Source of the DNA: a virus
IMG/VR virus record: IMGVR_UViG_3300025276_000023
Span: 65,103-129,102 of that record
Direction: 5' to 3' (one strand)
DNA length: 64,000 nucleotides
The position numbers and the translations under genes are program-made. Under the pieces are notes generated by a model, which made no database searches, had not been told where the DNA came from, and was given only the letters and a program-made list of their open reading frames with translations. Of the stretch, positions 17,279 through 28,600 are shown piece by piece. Numbering within the stretch: the stretch's first letter is position 1; each line of letters starts with the position of its first letter.

Positions 17279-20200
17279 TTATATACTCCGTCTCATTGAT
17301 ATCTTTCCAGTATCGAGTGGGGCGGATGTTTCAGGTTTCTTAAAAGATTCCTGCTGGCCCGTAGAGGCCGATTGATTACCAGTAGGATTCACTGTTGCTT
17401 GAGGGGCTGTATTATTAACCTTACCGTTTTGCTTTATAAGGTCTTTTAGTAGAGCAACACTTTGTTTGTGATAGCTATTACTCTCAGCTAGTAGTGAGTT
17501 GGCACGTTTAAGCTCTGTAACGGCTTGTAACGAACTCTGGCTACTGTCAGCAGCGTATTGGGTTTGTGCTTTCGCACGTTGTTCAGCGGCTCTCTTAGAC
17601 GCTCTCTCGACTAACTCTTTCTGTTCTTTAGTATCGACAACATCAGACTTTTCATCTTGATATTTAGACTTGTTAACAACATTAGCAGTATCGGCCACGT
17701 AAGAACTAGAAGACGATTTCTTAACAGCAGGAGTTGTGGAAGCTTTCACTTCATCTAGTCTGCTAGATAATCCAGAAAAGAATTCCTTCTTAGTCATCTT
17801 CGCAGAGAGTCTATCTTTATCAGCTGTGGTTTTAGGCTTAATGAATTCAGATACATTGGCATCGTCATCTGCTTGTATTAAGCGGATTGTTTCCTCAGTA
17901 CCGTACATCATAGCCGATAGATTTTCTTGAGAGGTTGGTTCTCTTCCTAAGATAGAACGCATTCTAGCAATTGACACCTTAAGGAACTCAGCCACCGCAA
18001 TGGTTGCATGTTGAGGATTCTTAATGTCTGGCTTATCGATACTGTATCGTTCAGCATGCTTATCCATTAGTTTCCTAAAGGTAGCAGCATCCATTAGATA
18101 CATACCCGACCTAGCACCTACTCGTTTGTTAGGATTGAAGTTAGTAGCTAGTTTAGCAAGTCCTAGTATTGGATCAGGCTCAATGCCTACTAACATGGCT
18201 ACTGACATTACCATCTTGCCATATTCGCCCATTGTAGCACGAAGCGGTTTATAGATAGCACTTGCATCAGCATCACCTACAGATGAAATCTTAGCATTGA
18301 TTTCTTTCTCAGAGATACTAGCAACTGGATTAACTTCTGTAGGAGCACCAGAACTAGGAACGTAGCTAGTAGTCTGACCCGAATTTCCACGAGCCTTCAT
18401 CTTATCTATTTTCTTCTGCACCCTACGTAAAGTTGGATTGTCACTGTTACGTCTACGCTCGGCTGCCTGTTTTGCAAACTCCTCACCGGTCATCGGTTTA
18501 TCAGATGTGCCTTGTATAGGAGTGACACTCGCTGGTTTATCTGGATCAGCAACCTTAGCTACTTCTCCCCGAGCTTTCATTGCATCGGCTTGTTTCTGTG
18601 CTTTGCGTACAGCAGGGTTATCGCTATTGCGTCGTCGTTCGGCAGCCTGATCTGCAAACTGAGCAGCTGTTGATTGAGTAGCTTTAGGATTAGGAACATC
18701 CTTCATTGTTTTAAGTTGTTCATCGGTTGGATTGAGTGCTGGATCTTTAGGATCTAAAGTGGCTTGCTCATTATCTTTCATCTCAATGACTGAACGCATA
18801 TGTTGATCATATTTACGTTGCAGTGAAGGGTTGTCAAAATGTTTACGGACAATGTCGGTACCTTTAAAGTATTCAACGCCGTCTTTAACATCAAACTTCT
18901 CTTCAGCTGGACTATCGTTAGCAGCCTTCGCCACCGTTCCTTGCATCATTAACATGTTAGCTTTATTGTCGTTAGCTTTACGTGCATCTTTCATTACAGC
19001 TTGACCGTACTTAGCACTGTAACCGTCATCTGGTAGATCGTAGGTCTTCTGAGGGTTCTTAGAAGGCTGTCCATTACGCATGTTAATCATACGTTTCTCA
19101 GCAGACTTATCTCTAGGCGTGTGTTTCTCAACAACTAAAGCAAGTGCTTCTTCGATAGGTTCCATTCGACCATCCATCACTATATCAGAATCCCCAAACG
19201 GAGAAGACGTGACTGTATATGGACTAGGTTCAGTTCTTATCATTGAAGCTTTTGCAAATTTAATCTTATCTTCTTCTTTAAGATCTTTATCTACTGTCAT
19301 TAGGTTAGATGAATTAGCCATTGTTTTCAATAGATACATGTTCTTCAAAAAGACTGGTTTAAAACGTTCACTGAACCACTTGTTAAACATCTTAACCTTC
19401 TGTTTATTTTTAATATCAAACTCAAAGATTTCAGGTATTTGCTCAAACGGTACTTTACCAGATATAGATGCAGACTCTCCAGAGATAGAAACATTCTTAG
19501 AAAGGATTTGCTCAAACTTACCTATGGTTTGAATTAAATCATAGTCTAAGTCTGGTACACCGTACTGAGCCATCCGCAGTTCAGTTAAAGGATCTAACAG
19601 TTCTGAGAAGTAGCTATAAGTAAAGTAACTAACAGCCCCAACCGCAGCAACCGTCAAGACAACAGGAGAGAACACAACTGCGGCTACTGTACCAGCAGCC
19701 GCAGCAGTTGCTGCCGCAGCAGTAGCAACACCACTTGCAATGGCAGGAGCAGCCGCCACAGCCGCCGTAGCCACATAAGGTATTGCTCTAGCCCCCATTG
19801 CCAAAGCTCTAGCAGTTAAAGACTTCTTACCACCACCTAGGAACATATTAGCGACACTGGAACCGGTTAAGAAATTAAGTACAGTTGTTAACACTGACCC
19901 TATTCCCATTATACCACCAACCACTTTACTTAACATGCCAAACGTACCGCTCATTAGTCCTAATACTTTCTTGGAGAATGACCCTCCTTTACGATTAGCC
20001 TTAGCCGCCTTATCTTCCCTTGCCTCTTTACGCTTAGCTTCTTTCTTAGCTTTACGTTCTTTCATGATATTGACAAAAGAACCTACTCGGTCTTTCATGT
20101 CACTGGCTTCGTTCTTAAGTTTATCTTTGAAGCTAGGACGTTTCTTGCTCTTGTCCTTTTCTTCTTTGTTTCTAAACTTCTTGAACTTACCAAATAGCGT

Positions 20201-23200
20201 ATCCATGTAGCCATTCATTTTAGCAGCAAAGCCTTCTTTAGCTCCTTTGGCTTTATCTTTAAGAGCGTCTTTCTTTTGCTTCAACTTCTCTTTAAGATCT
20301 TTACCTCTAGAACTTGCTTTGTCTTTAAGCTCAGATGCTTTATCTTTCGCTTTATTGTATTTCTCATCGACACCAGAACGTTCACGGTAATCTTTTGCTT
20401 TGTCTTTGGCTTTATCTATCTTGCCATCAACATCGTATTTATTACGTAACTCATCTGCTTTAGATTTGATCTTATCTTTAGCAGTCTTACCACTAAAGGC
20501 ATTGTACTTGTCTTTAACTTTATCCAGTAAACCAGAACCCATTGAAGTAGCTGAACTGAAAGCTGCTTTAGCACCGTTAACGATACCACCAGACGCTTGA
20601 GCCAATTCTTCTTCTTTAACATCGAGTCCTTTATAGGCAAAGTATTTTAATAAGAGTGCATAGATACGTTTAGTTATACTTCCCGTACCAATTCCAAATG
20701 AACGTTTCTCACCGTTGCCGTCAGTGCCGAATCCAGGTATCTTAGATGTTAACCATCCTAAACTTCCTTTGATTGCATCGGCTGCTGTACCAGCGCCCTT
20801 CTTAACGAGGTCAAAGGCTTTCTTGCCACCATTTAATACTAAGCCAGCACCTTTACCTATAAGTCCAATGGCGCTCGCTATAACGCTCTTAGGCAACCCT
20901 ATCTTTTTACCGTCAATAGTAACAAGGTTCTTTAATTCCTCAGCATTAATTACAATGCTCTTACCTTCGTATATAGGACCGGTTAAATGTTTCTTGTGAG
21001 TGACCGTAACCCCAGCAGAGTTAACGTACGCTCCATTATTCATTTTAACAACTCTAAGACGAGGTTCACTTTCCCCTTTCACGTAAACGTCTGGTAGTTT
21101 AGTGAAGAAGTCTTTAGCTTTGTTATAGGCTTTATCTATCCCTAGCATCTTAAATGGATTGACTAAGTTAAATGGTTTTTTGATTAACCCTAAAAGGAAA
21201 TCTTTACCTGCTTTAAAGTTTATCTTTTTACCAGCGAAACTATAAAGGCCATCTCTCCATTGTTCAGGACTGATAGCGTAGTTACCAGCTAAGTCTTTTA
21301 TCGGTCCCTTTATTTGAGACATCTTGGTAATTATCTTACCCGTAATAGCATCTTTATATTCACCAGCTTCTAATTTAGCTTTAGTGATTAAAGGATTGAT
21401 CTTATTGGTAGCTGAGTAGAGATCTATATTTTTAAGACCTAGAACAGTATCTTTAATAGCCCCGCCAGCTCTACGTGCTAGACCAGCTGCAAAGGTTAAT
21501 GGTTTAAGTGTATTGCCAAATACTTTCTTACCGATGTCCCATGGCTTCTTAATGATGGTGTTAAACGCACCTTTACCAAGACCTTTAAGTTTACCGTATT
21601 TACCTTTAAGGTAATTCTTAGCTCTGGTTCGTTTACCTTCTTTAGGCGTACCGTCATTGTCACCGTAGGCAAACATATCGGGTAGATCAATTAAGAGTTC
21701 TTTTATCTCACTTAACAGATCAACTTGCTTAGACGCATGTTCTTGGCTTGAGAACTTGCCTTCAATCATTTCTAACTGATCATAGTCGATGGCTAATTCA
21801 CCGCCTGTTCTACCTTGTAAAGATTCAATCAATTGATCAATACTTTGAATTAGTTCACCTGCTTCAATGGTAGTGGAAATAGAATCACCAGCGCCACTTG
21901 CGCTATCTGGACCGACTGGAGGATTCCAAGGTTTACCTGGTTCTTTATCAGACGGGTCGTAAGGCTTTTCTGCTGCTGCTTTATCTTTACCGTGCTGACG
22001 ATAGCGTTCAAAGATATACTCTTCATTGACATGATCATCACCATCTCGGTCAACAGTAACACCACTGCGTCTGAGAGCTTCTCTATTAGCTGTGTTAGCG
22101 TAAAGATTAGCTGTCTCATAAGTGTTAGGCATTGCTTCACGCAAACGTCTTAGATCACGATTGGCTTCTACTTGAGCAAAAGAGCCTTTAACATTTTCAT
22201 CGCCTATTGTTCCATCCATCTCAAGTTCGAGTTTGGCATGAACAGCATCGGCAAATCGATCGTACTCTTCCATTGATAGTTTAGACTTATCTAGATAGTC
22301 ACCATCAATTAGTTTCTTAGTGTTGAAGTCAGTATCAGTACGAGCAAACCGAAGAAACATCTCTTCTATTTTATCTGCTATATCATCAACTGAACCATCT
22401 GTAACAACAGACAGTAGATTTTTATTGATGTCTTTCAATGCGTCGAGTTCAGTGTCTCTAACTGCATCGCCTTCTATTCTAGCTGAGAGGTCAGTTGTCT
22501 GTACAAACTTATTACCAGCATGATCAAAAGTAACTGAGTCTTCTTCCGTACCGCTTACGCTATGCCATATTTTAGATAACCAACCAGGTATTACTTCAAT
22601 GATTGATTTACGAGTAAGGTTGTCAAAGTCAGCATGGTCGGTTGAGTTAGCTATTTGATCATAACCTACTCTAGACTCACGTCTATTCCTAAGGGCTTCT
22701 AAAGCAGTCTCTTGCAACATACTAGAAATGTTACCAGTATACGTCTTAGACTCTAAATGCTCACGTAGCATCTTGTCGTAGTTCTCACTACCGTTTAGAA
22801 GCTTATTGCCAAGCGTTGCAATCTTTTTATTCTTAGCCATATGAGGAGCTAAGAACTTACCCATCTTCTCACCTAACCAGCGAGTTAATGATTCAGAACC
22901 CATCTGAGCACCGAGTTCAGTTTTACTGATACCCATCTCTTCAAGGTCAACGCCCTCTAACATATCGCCTGCAAATGAAGCAGTGGCTACAGCGTCTTTA
23001 AACTCAGCTACCTTCTCTTTAACTCGTTTACCTAGAATGTCCCCAAATGTATTGAGGAAGTCTTTAGCCATTGGAGCGAACTTATCTTGTGCTTTACCGA
23101 TAAGTTTCTCTTTGGTTAACTGCATTGCTAGTTCACTGTTTTGTATTTTAACAGCTTCTGGCAAACCAGTGTTCTTAACCAAAGAGCGGAAGTGAGTAAG

Positions 23201-23911
23201 TGTTTCTTCCTGAGTTAGTTTAAATAGTTCGTAATGGTCTTTAGCTACAAAGAAATGCTTGTATTTTAATTCAAGTGTTTTACGTTGCCATTGCATCGTA
23301 ACGTTATCTTGATACGCATTGTGTTTAGCCAATTCGTTACGTATACCCTGAGAGATCTCAGTATTGGTTTCGTGACGTTTAGACTCAACAACTTTGTACA
23401 TCATGTCCTGAGCTTGATCTTCTTTCTTCTCTTGTGCTTGCGCTTCGAAAATAGGAGCTAGTTCAGACGCTATACCTTGATTGCGAATTTCATCTTTGGT
23501 CATTTCAGCAGAGTTGGTTTTCTCTTCTTTTAGAATCTCTTCTAACTTTTTAGAAACCGCATCTGGTAAAACTTTATCGAGCATTGTGGTTGCACGACGA
23601 CCCATTCTTTTAAGATCAACGATGGCTGGTCTTAAATCATTTGTTACTTGATTGTATAGTCCAATACCTTTATCAGTCACGTCATTCGTTACGTCAAAAG
23701 CTGCACCATAACCTTCTGGCAAAGCCTTACGTAAAACGTTTGCTTGAAATGAACGATCGGTTATTGTTTCTTTGAAACCGCTATATGCCCCTTTACCAAA
23801 GTCTTTTGCAACACTTCGGTTATTACTGGGCGATTCGGGATCTTGGAACGGATCATTGAAATCGAAATCATCCATTTCAAAATTATCAAAATCATATTCT
23901 TTATTATTCAT
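17279..23911 (-). CDS. Tape-measure / gp181-like tail protein with degenerate lytic transglycosylase domain
   Basis: 2210 aa, helical; KNTGLPEAVK and IIEVIPGWL motifs; two DxY...GxY repeats; hydrophobic Ala-rich segment; C-terminal SLT-like segment; divergent from the beta-prime gene as in phiKZ. Confidence 0.85.
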   Translation of the reverse strand: MNNKEYDFDNFEMDDFDFNDPFQDPESPSNNRSVAKDFGKGAYSGFKETITDRSFQANVLRKALPEGYGAAFDVTNDVTDKGIGLYNQVTNDLRPAIVDLKRMGRRATTMLDKVLPDAVSKKLEEILKEEKTNSAEMTKDEIRNQGIASELAPIFEAQAQEKKEDQAQDMMYKVVESKRHETNTEISQGIRNELAKHNAYQDNVTMQWQRKTLELKYKHFFVAKDHYELFKLTQEETLTHFRSLVKNTGLPEAVKIQNSELAMQLTKEKLIGKAQDKFAPMAKDFLNTFGDILGKRVKEKVAEFKDAVATASFAGDMLEGVDLEEMGISKTELGAQMGSESLTRWLGEKMGKFLAPHMAKNKKIATLGNKLLNGSENYDKMLREHLESKTYTGNISSMLQETALEALRNRRESRVGYDQIANSTDHADFDNLTRKSIIEVIPGWLSKIWHSVSGTEEDSVTFDHAGNKFVQTTDLSARIEGDAVRDTELDALKDINKNLLSVVTDGSVDDIADKIEEMFLRFARTDTDFNTKKLIDGDYLDKSKLSMEEYDRFADAVHAKLELEMDGTIGDENVKGSFAQVEANRDLRRLREAMPNTYETANLYANTANREALRRSGVTVDRDGDDHVNEEYIFERYRQHGKDKAAAEKPYDPSDKEPGKPWNPPVGPDSASGAGDSISTTIEAGELIQSIDQLIESLQGRTGGELAIDYDQLEMIEGKFSSQEHASKQVDLLSEIKELLIDLPDMFAYGDNDGTPKEGKRTRAKNYLKGKYGKLKGLGKGAFNTIIKKPWDIGKKVFGNTLKPLTFAAGLARRAGGAIKDTVLGLKNIDLYSATNKINPLITKAKLEAGEYKDAITGKIITKMSQIKGPIKDLAGNYAISPEQWRDGLYSFAGKKINFKAGKDFLLGLIKKPFNLVNPFKMLGIDKAYNKAKDFFTKLPDVYVKGESEPRLRVVKMNNGAYVNSAGVTVTHKKHLTGPIYEGKSIVINAEELKNLVTIDGKKIGLPKSVIASAIGLIGKGAGLVLNGGKKAFDLVKKGAGTAADAIKGSLGWLTSKIPGFGTDGNGEKRSFGIGTGSITKRIYALLLKYFAYKGLDVKEEELAQASGGIVNGAKAAFSSATSMGSGLLDKVKDKYNAFSGKTAKDKIKSKADELRNKYDVDGKIDKAKDKAKDYRERSGVDEKYNKAKDKASELKDKASSRGKDLKEKLKQKKDALKDKAKGAKEGFAAKMNGYMDTLFGKFKKFRNKEEKDKSKKRPSFKDKLKNEASDMKDRVGSFVNIMKERKAKKEAKRKEAREDKAAKANRKGGSFSKKVLGLMSGTFGMLSKVVGGIMGIGSVLTTVLNFLTGSSVANMFLGGGKKSLTARALAMGARAIPYVATAAVAAAPAIASGVATAAAATAAAAGTVAAVVFSPVVLTVAAVGAVSYFTYSYFSELLDPLTELRMAQYGVPDLDYDLIQTIGKFEQILSKNVSISGESASISGKVPFEQIPEIFEFDIKNKQKVKMFNKWFSERFKPVFLKNMYLLKTMANSSNLMTVDKDLKEEDKIKFAKASMIRTEPSPYTVTSSPFGDSDIVMDGRMEPIEEALALVVEKHTPRDKSAEKRMINMRNGQPSKNPQKTYDLPDDGYSAKYGQAVMKDARKANDNKANMLMMQGTVAKAANDSPAEEKFDVKDGVEYFKGTDIVRKHFDNPSLQRKYDQHMRSVIEMKDNEQATLDPKDPALNPTDEQLKTMKDVPNPKATQSTAAQFADQAAERRRNSDNPAVRKAQKQADAMKARGEVAKVADPDKPASVTPIQGTSDKPMTGEEFAKQAAERRRNSDNPTLRRVQKKIDKMKARGNSGQTTSYVPSSGAPTEVNPVASISEKEINAKISSVGDADASAIYKPLRATMGEYGKMVMSVAMLVGIEPDPILGLAKLATNFNPNKRVGARSGMYLMDAATFRKLMDKHAERYSIDKPDIKNPQHATIAVAEFLKVSIARMRSILGREPTSQENLSAMMYGTEETIRLIQADDDANVSEFIKPKTTADKDRLSAKMTKKEFFSGLSSRLDEVKASTTPAVKKSSSSSYVADTANVVNKSKYQDEKSDVVDTKEQKELVERASKRAAEQRAKAQTQYAADSSQSSLQAVTELKRANSLLAESNSYHKQSVALLKDLIKQNGKVNNTAPQATVNPTGNQSASTGQQESFKKPETSAPLDTGKISMRRSI
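18387..18660 (-). repeat. Internal 31-aa duplication in the tape measure (180-nt period)
   Basis: QFADQAAERRRNSDNPAVRKAQKQADAMKARG vs EFAKQAAERRRNSDNPTLRRVQKKIDKMKARG. Confidence 0.85.
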
Positions 23912-23943
23912 AATCCAACCTATTAATTGAAGGTGAGAGTCAC

Positions 23944-25617
23944 ATGATTAAAAACTTTCAAAAAGAGCCCTTAAATTTAAAAATTTTACAAGTCAATAAG
24001 GAAGCTATTAAATTCATGACGCCTGTTACGGCTCCTGATATATTTGAAAGAGGTACCCATCATTTTCATCCAGATGGTCTATACTCTACAGATATATTTG
24101 GACAAGTCGGTTCAGACGAAAGGAAAGAAGTATTTTCTTACATTGACCTTAAAAATGAAGTATTACATCCGCTACTGCTAGAAGCCCTAAATGATCTAAA
24201 GAAAAATCTTTACTTAGGAATGATGGCAGGTACAGTAAAAGCAATCTGGGATGACGAAGAAAAGAACTTTGTCAAAAACGATTCTGATGCTGCACAAACG
24301 GGCTATGAGTTCTTTATGTCTAAACGAGCAGAAATTGTTCATAAGCAAACTGGTTCTGATGAACGAGCAATAAAGATTAAGTTACTTCAACTTTATGAAG
24401 AACAGTCTTTAATGCGTTATCATTTAATCATGCCTGCCGCTTATAGAGACATGGAGATAAAAGACAATCAACAACGTGTTGATAACGAAATAAATGATTT
24501 ATATCGTCGTCTAATCTCAGCTACTAATGTAATGATTGCTACACAAGATAAAGCACCTTACGATGTACCTCGCTGGACTGTACAGAGAACAGCTCGTGAT
24601 ATATTCGATATGATCATGCGAATCCTAAAAGGTAAGCGTGGTGTGATGCAGAAGAAGTATGGTCGACGTACTACCCGTAACAGTACACGTAACGTGGTAA
24701 CGGCGATGGACCCATCTTCTCGTTATTTAAAAGACCCTAGAAACCCAACGCTTAAAGATACAAACATCAGTTTCATTCAAACTTTGTTTGGTGCGTTGCC
24801 ATTTACTCTTCGGGGTCTAAAATTAAGTATCTTAGAAGAAGTGTTTCCTTCTGGCATTGAAGAAGATGATGTTTGGCTAGTTAATGCTAAAACGATGAAA
24901 CGTGAACTGGTTGAGCTAGATGCTGATACAGTAGATAAATACGCGACAACAGAAGGTCGTAAGAAACTATTGCAGCGGTTCTTTAATAAGAAGCTTCGTA
25001 ATAAACCGATTAAGATATCAGGTTATTATTTAGCCCTTGTTTATGAAGATGAGACAACCTTTAAAGTAATTCAAGATATCGATGAGTTACCTGCTGGTTA
25101 CGTTGCATCTAAAGTTACTCCGATGACATTAGGCGATTTATTATACATTGCCTGTTATCCTCAGTACGGTGATAAGTACGGGACAATGACTCGTTACCCT
25201 ATTACCGAAGATGGTTCTGTATTTCCAACGCGTTACCGTGTAACCACCACTGTAAAAACTAGTTTAAAGCACCAATTAAATGATAACTGGGAACCGGATG
25301 TTGAATTCTATAACTTCCCAGATAGAAGCGATCGTGCAATATGGTTAAATGCTCTATCACCTCATCTATCTAGACTTGATGGTTCTGGCGGTGACTTCGA
25401 TGGCGACCAATACACTTCTCCGTTCTTATTAATGGAAGACAGTGTGAACGACATTAAACGTTATTACAATACCCGTAAAGCGTATACTCGTTTAGATGGT
25501 AGCTTCTTAGCAAGTGCTGGTAACAAGAGTAATGGACTAGTAGCATTTAACTTAACACGCGATATGCGTTTTAGTAGACATGAAGAGGAACAAGACTTTG
25601 GATACTTCGATAAGTAA
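23944..25617 (+). CDS. Virion RNA polymerase beta-prime subunit, catalytic part (phiKZ gp180-like)
   Basis: DGLYSTDIFG, INDLYRRLI, LKGKRG, TRYP and catalytic DFDGD. Confidence 0.93.
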   Translation: MIKNFQKEPLNLKILQVNKEAIKFMTPVTAPDIFERGTHHFHPDGLYSTDIFGQVGSDERKEVFSYIDLKNEVLHPLLLEALNDLKKNLYLGMMAGTVKAIWDDEEKNFVKNDSDAAQTGYEFFMSKRAEIVHKQTGSDERAIKIKLLQLYEEQSLMRYHLIMPAAYRDMEIKDNQQRVDNEINDLYRRLISATNVMIATQDKAPYDVPRWTVQRTARDIFDMIMRILKGKRGVMQKKYGRRTTRNSTRNVVTAMDPSSRYLKDPRNPTLKDTNISFIQTLFGALPFTLRGLKLSILEEVFPSGIEEDDVWLVNAKTMKRELVELDADTVDKYATTEGRKKLLQRFFNKKLRNKPIKISGYYLALVYEDETTFKVIQDIDELPAGYVASKVTPMTLGDLLYIACYPQYGDKYGTMTRYPITEDGSVFPTRYRVTTTVKTSLKHQLNDNWEPDVEFYNFPDRSDRAIWLNALSPHLSRLDGSGGDFDGDQYTSPFLLMEDSVNDIKRYYNTRKAYTRLDGSFLASAGNKSNGLVAFNLTRDMRFSRHEEEQDFGYFDK

Positions 25618-28600
25618 TTTAGTTGCTTCTATGGAGGCAATACGTTATTCCGACTGGTACAAGCGTCGTGGTATACGTCGAGTAGATGAACTCAAACAAC
25701 TCAAGTTAATTAATGAAGAAAGCTTTGAATTGCCAAGAGAGTCGATTGTTCATTACATGACTAACAATCCAAATGAATTGGGTATTCATGTTAATAACTT
25801 TCTGATTAGACAAAGCACTGGGTTCATTGGTATTGAACATGTTAAGAAATACACAACGATGGAAGGCTCGCCTATTAAGGTTCCTATCGATGTTAACGGT
25901 TTAACGCGTAAATATAAAAATGCTAACCGTGACATTCGTCCTATCGTGAACTTTGATTCGATTGTTAAAAATCCAGAAAACGTAATTATCATTAACTACG
26001 CTTTACTGAATCAATTGTATTCTTATCGCCAATCGTATTTGTCTAGCTATTATAAGTTTGAAAACATTACAAACACATTGATAGATAACATCAATAAATA
26101 TTCTGAGCTTAGTACACGCAATCAGTTTATCAATTTATCATTACCTGACCAAGTGCCGACCTACGTACAGTTTAAAGCATTGAAAGATTCAATGAATAGT
26201 ACATCACTTGCACCTTTCAACCGTCAGTCTACATTGATAATCTTAGAGCTTTATAAATGGATATCTGAGGATAGAGAAGATTCTATCTTTAACCGTTTAG
26301 ATGAAGCTGCTATTGATAAAGTGAATCTTGTATTTACTGAATCGGGTAAGTCAAGTATTTTAAATCTAGGTAATCTTAATAAATGGCGTAAGTCACTTGA
26401 GAACCCAGATGGTAAATTTGCACCTACTCAATTGAACCATATCTTTTTAAGTTTCATTCGTGCCATGGCAGCGATTCGTTTGCTAGGTAAAGAAGATGTT
26501 AACTCTATTGATATCTCTGACGATATCTCTAAAGCTGAGTTAGCTGATTTAGATGTTGTTCTTGAAGAAGAGGTTGAAGAGTACGATGAAGATGGTGAGT
26601 TGGTATCTGACTCATCTAGTGACTTCACTGACTCAGGCGACATTAGCTCAACCATAGACAAAGAAGAAGTCTATGAAGATAAGTTTGGTAAAACAGCAGG
26701 GGACTTAACCAAAGGGGTTGATGAAACAGAGCTAGTTAAAACGCTACTGCCTTCAATCCGTGATAAAGTATCTACAGGTGAGATTACTGAGAAACAAGCT
26801 AAGCGTTACGTTAAGCTTGCGTCTGAATCACTTAAGATAGCTGACCCATACGGCGGTAATGAAAACATAGGCGAGTTACTAGCTGGCTATAAAGACACTA
26901 TCAATAAATTATCAGTTACTAAAATTCCTGATAAGAAAACAGTCATTGATAAATCTATGCTTGAGTCTAAACTACCTAACATAACTAAAGACTATGTTAA
27001 GTATAAGTTAAAGTCTGACATAGTTGCTTCTGTATACGCTCTACAGAACGATGGTTACATTATCCGTGATTACAGCATTGATGACATTAAAGATGTTCAC
27101 AATGAAATAGAGATCCATACAGTTCGCGTTGAAACAATTGGCGGCGATGTATCTACTATCAAATTTAAAGTACCTGTCATTCGTGAAGATGGTACTTACT
27201 TCATAGGTGGTGTTAAATACTATCTTCGTAAAGGTCGTCGTGATGTTCCTATACGTAAAGTAAAACCATGGAAAGCATTTCTTACTAGTTACCATTCTAA
27301 ACTACCATTCATTAAATCACAGAAAGTGGTTGATGACTACGCTGGTTGGATGAGAAAACAAATAGAGAAGCTTTCTCGTAACGATGAACATCCATTAACG
27401 ATACTAGAGTCTCGTGATGTTTTTGATCATCTGGTTAAACTCCCTCGTTTCTATACGATGATTTCTAAAGGTATTGTTGAAGTAGATGTTGCTGGTTTAA
27501 AACTTAACTTTGAATATGCGGATGCTGTTGAGAAATACGGTGAAGCAGTAGTTGAGAAGTTTACTAAAGGTGGCGAGATGATCATCGGTAAACGTGACGG
27601 CGAATATATACTGGTTGATGATGCTGGTCTGGTACGTTCTGCTCAAGTGGGTAAGAAAGGTACAATGATGGGCAGTCTATTAGATGTTCTACAGATACCA
27701 GAAGAAGTTCAGCTTAAAGCACCGGTTGATAAAGTGCAAGTAAGTATCGTTGGTAAGAAAGTTCCTGTCTGTGCACTTATAGCTTACAGATTCGGACTTG
27801 AGAATCTTATCAATGCACTGAAGCTTACTTACCGTCGTGTTCCTAAAGGGACGCGTTTAAAGATGGGTCCTGATGAATACGCTGTTGCTTTTGCTAGCGA
27901 TACGCTTATATTCAGACGTGAAGAATACTTAGGTCAATTAATCATGGGTAGCTTGAATGCTGCTAAAGATGCACTTAAGTTATTTGAGCTAGAAGACTTT
28001 AATAGTCGTGATGAAATCTGGGGTGATGTTCTACAACGCATGGGTTACGGTCCACGTGTATATCGTGAGTTCGAAAGTCTTTACAACATTTGGTTAGATC
28101 CAATGACAGTTCAGGCTCTAGAGATTATGAAAGAACCAACCAAGTTCCGTCCTCTAGTTATACGTGCAGTTGAAATACTTACCACTGATTGGCACTTAAA
28201 AGAAATGCATGGTTCTGGTTTCATGACTAAAGGTTATGAACGTGTAGCTGGCTTTATCTATAAGAACCTCTCAGACAGCGTGAGAACGCAAAAGGCAAGA
28301 CAGACGAGTAAGAAGTTGGATATGAATCCAAATGCCGTCTGGGAAGAGTTTGAGAAGGATACGTCTAAACAGATAGTTGAAGAATCAAACCCAGTGCAAA
28401 ACTTAAAAGAAATGTCGAACCTTACGTTTAGTGGTACGGGTGGTCAAACATCTAGAATCATGGTTAAACATAAACGTGAATTTGATCCTAACGATCTAGG
28501 GTTGATTTCAGAAGGGGGTGTAGATAATGGTGACGTAGGTGTTACAACCTTCCTTACTTATGATCCTAAAGTGACTAATCTATTGGGTATGGCTGATGAA

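Noticed and set aside
17736-23195. Many 60-150 aa ORFs opposite or inside the tape-measure gene (also within 51639-54077 and 59419-62159)
   Set aside because: Antisense or alternative-frame shadows with no RBS and biased composition
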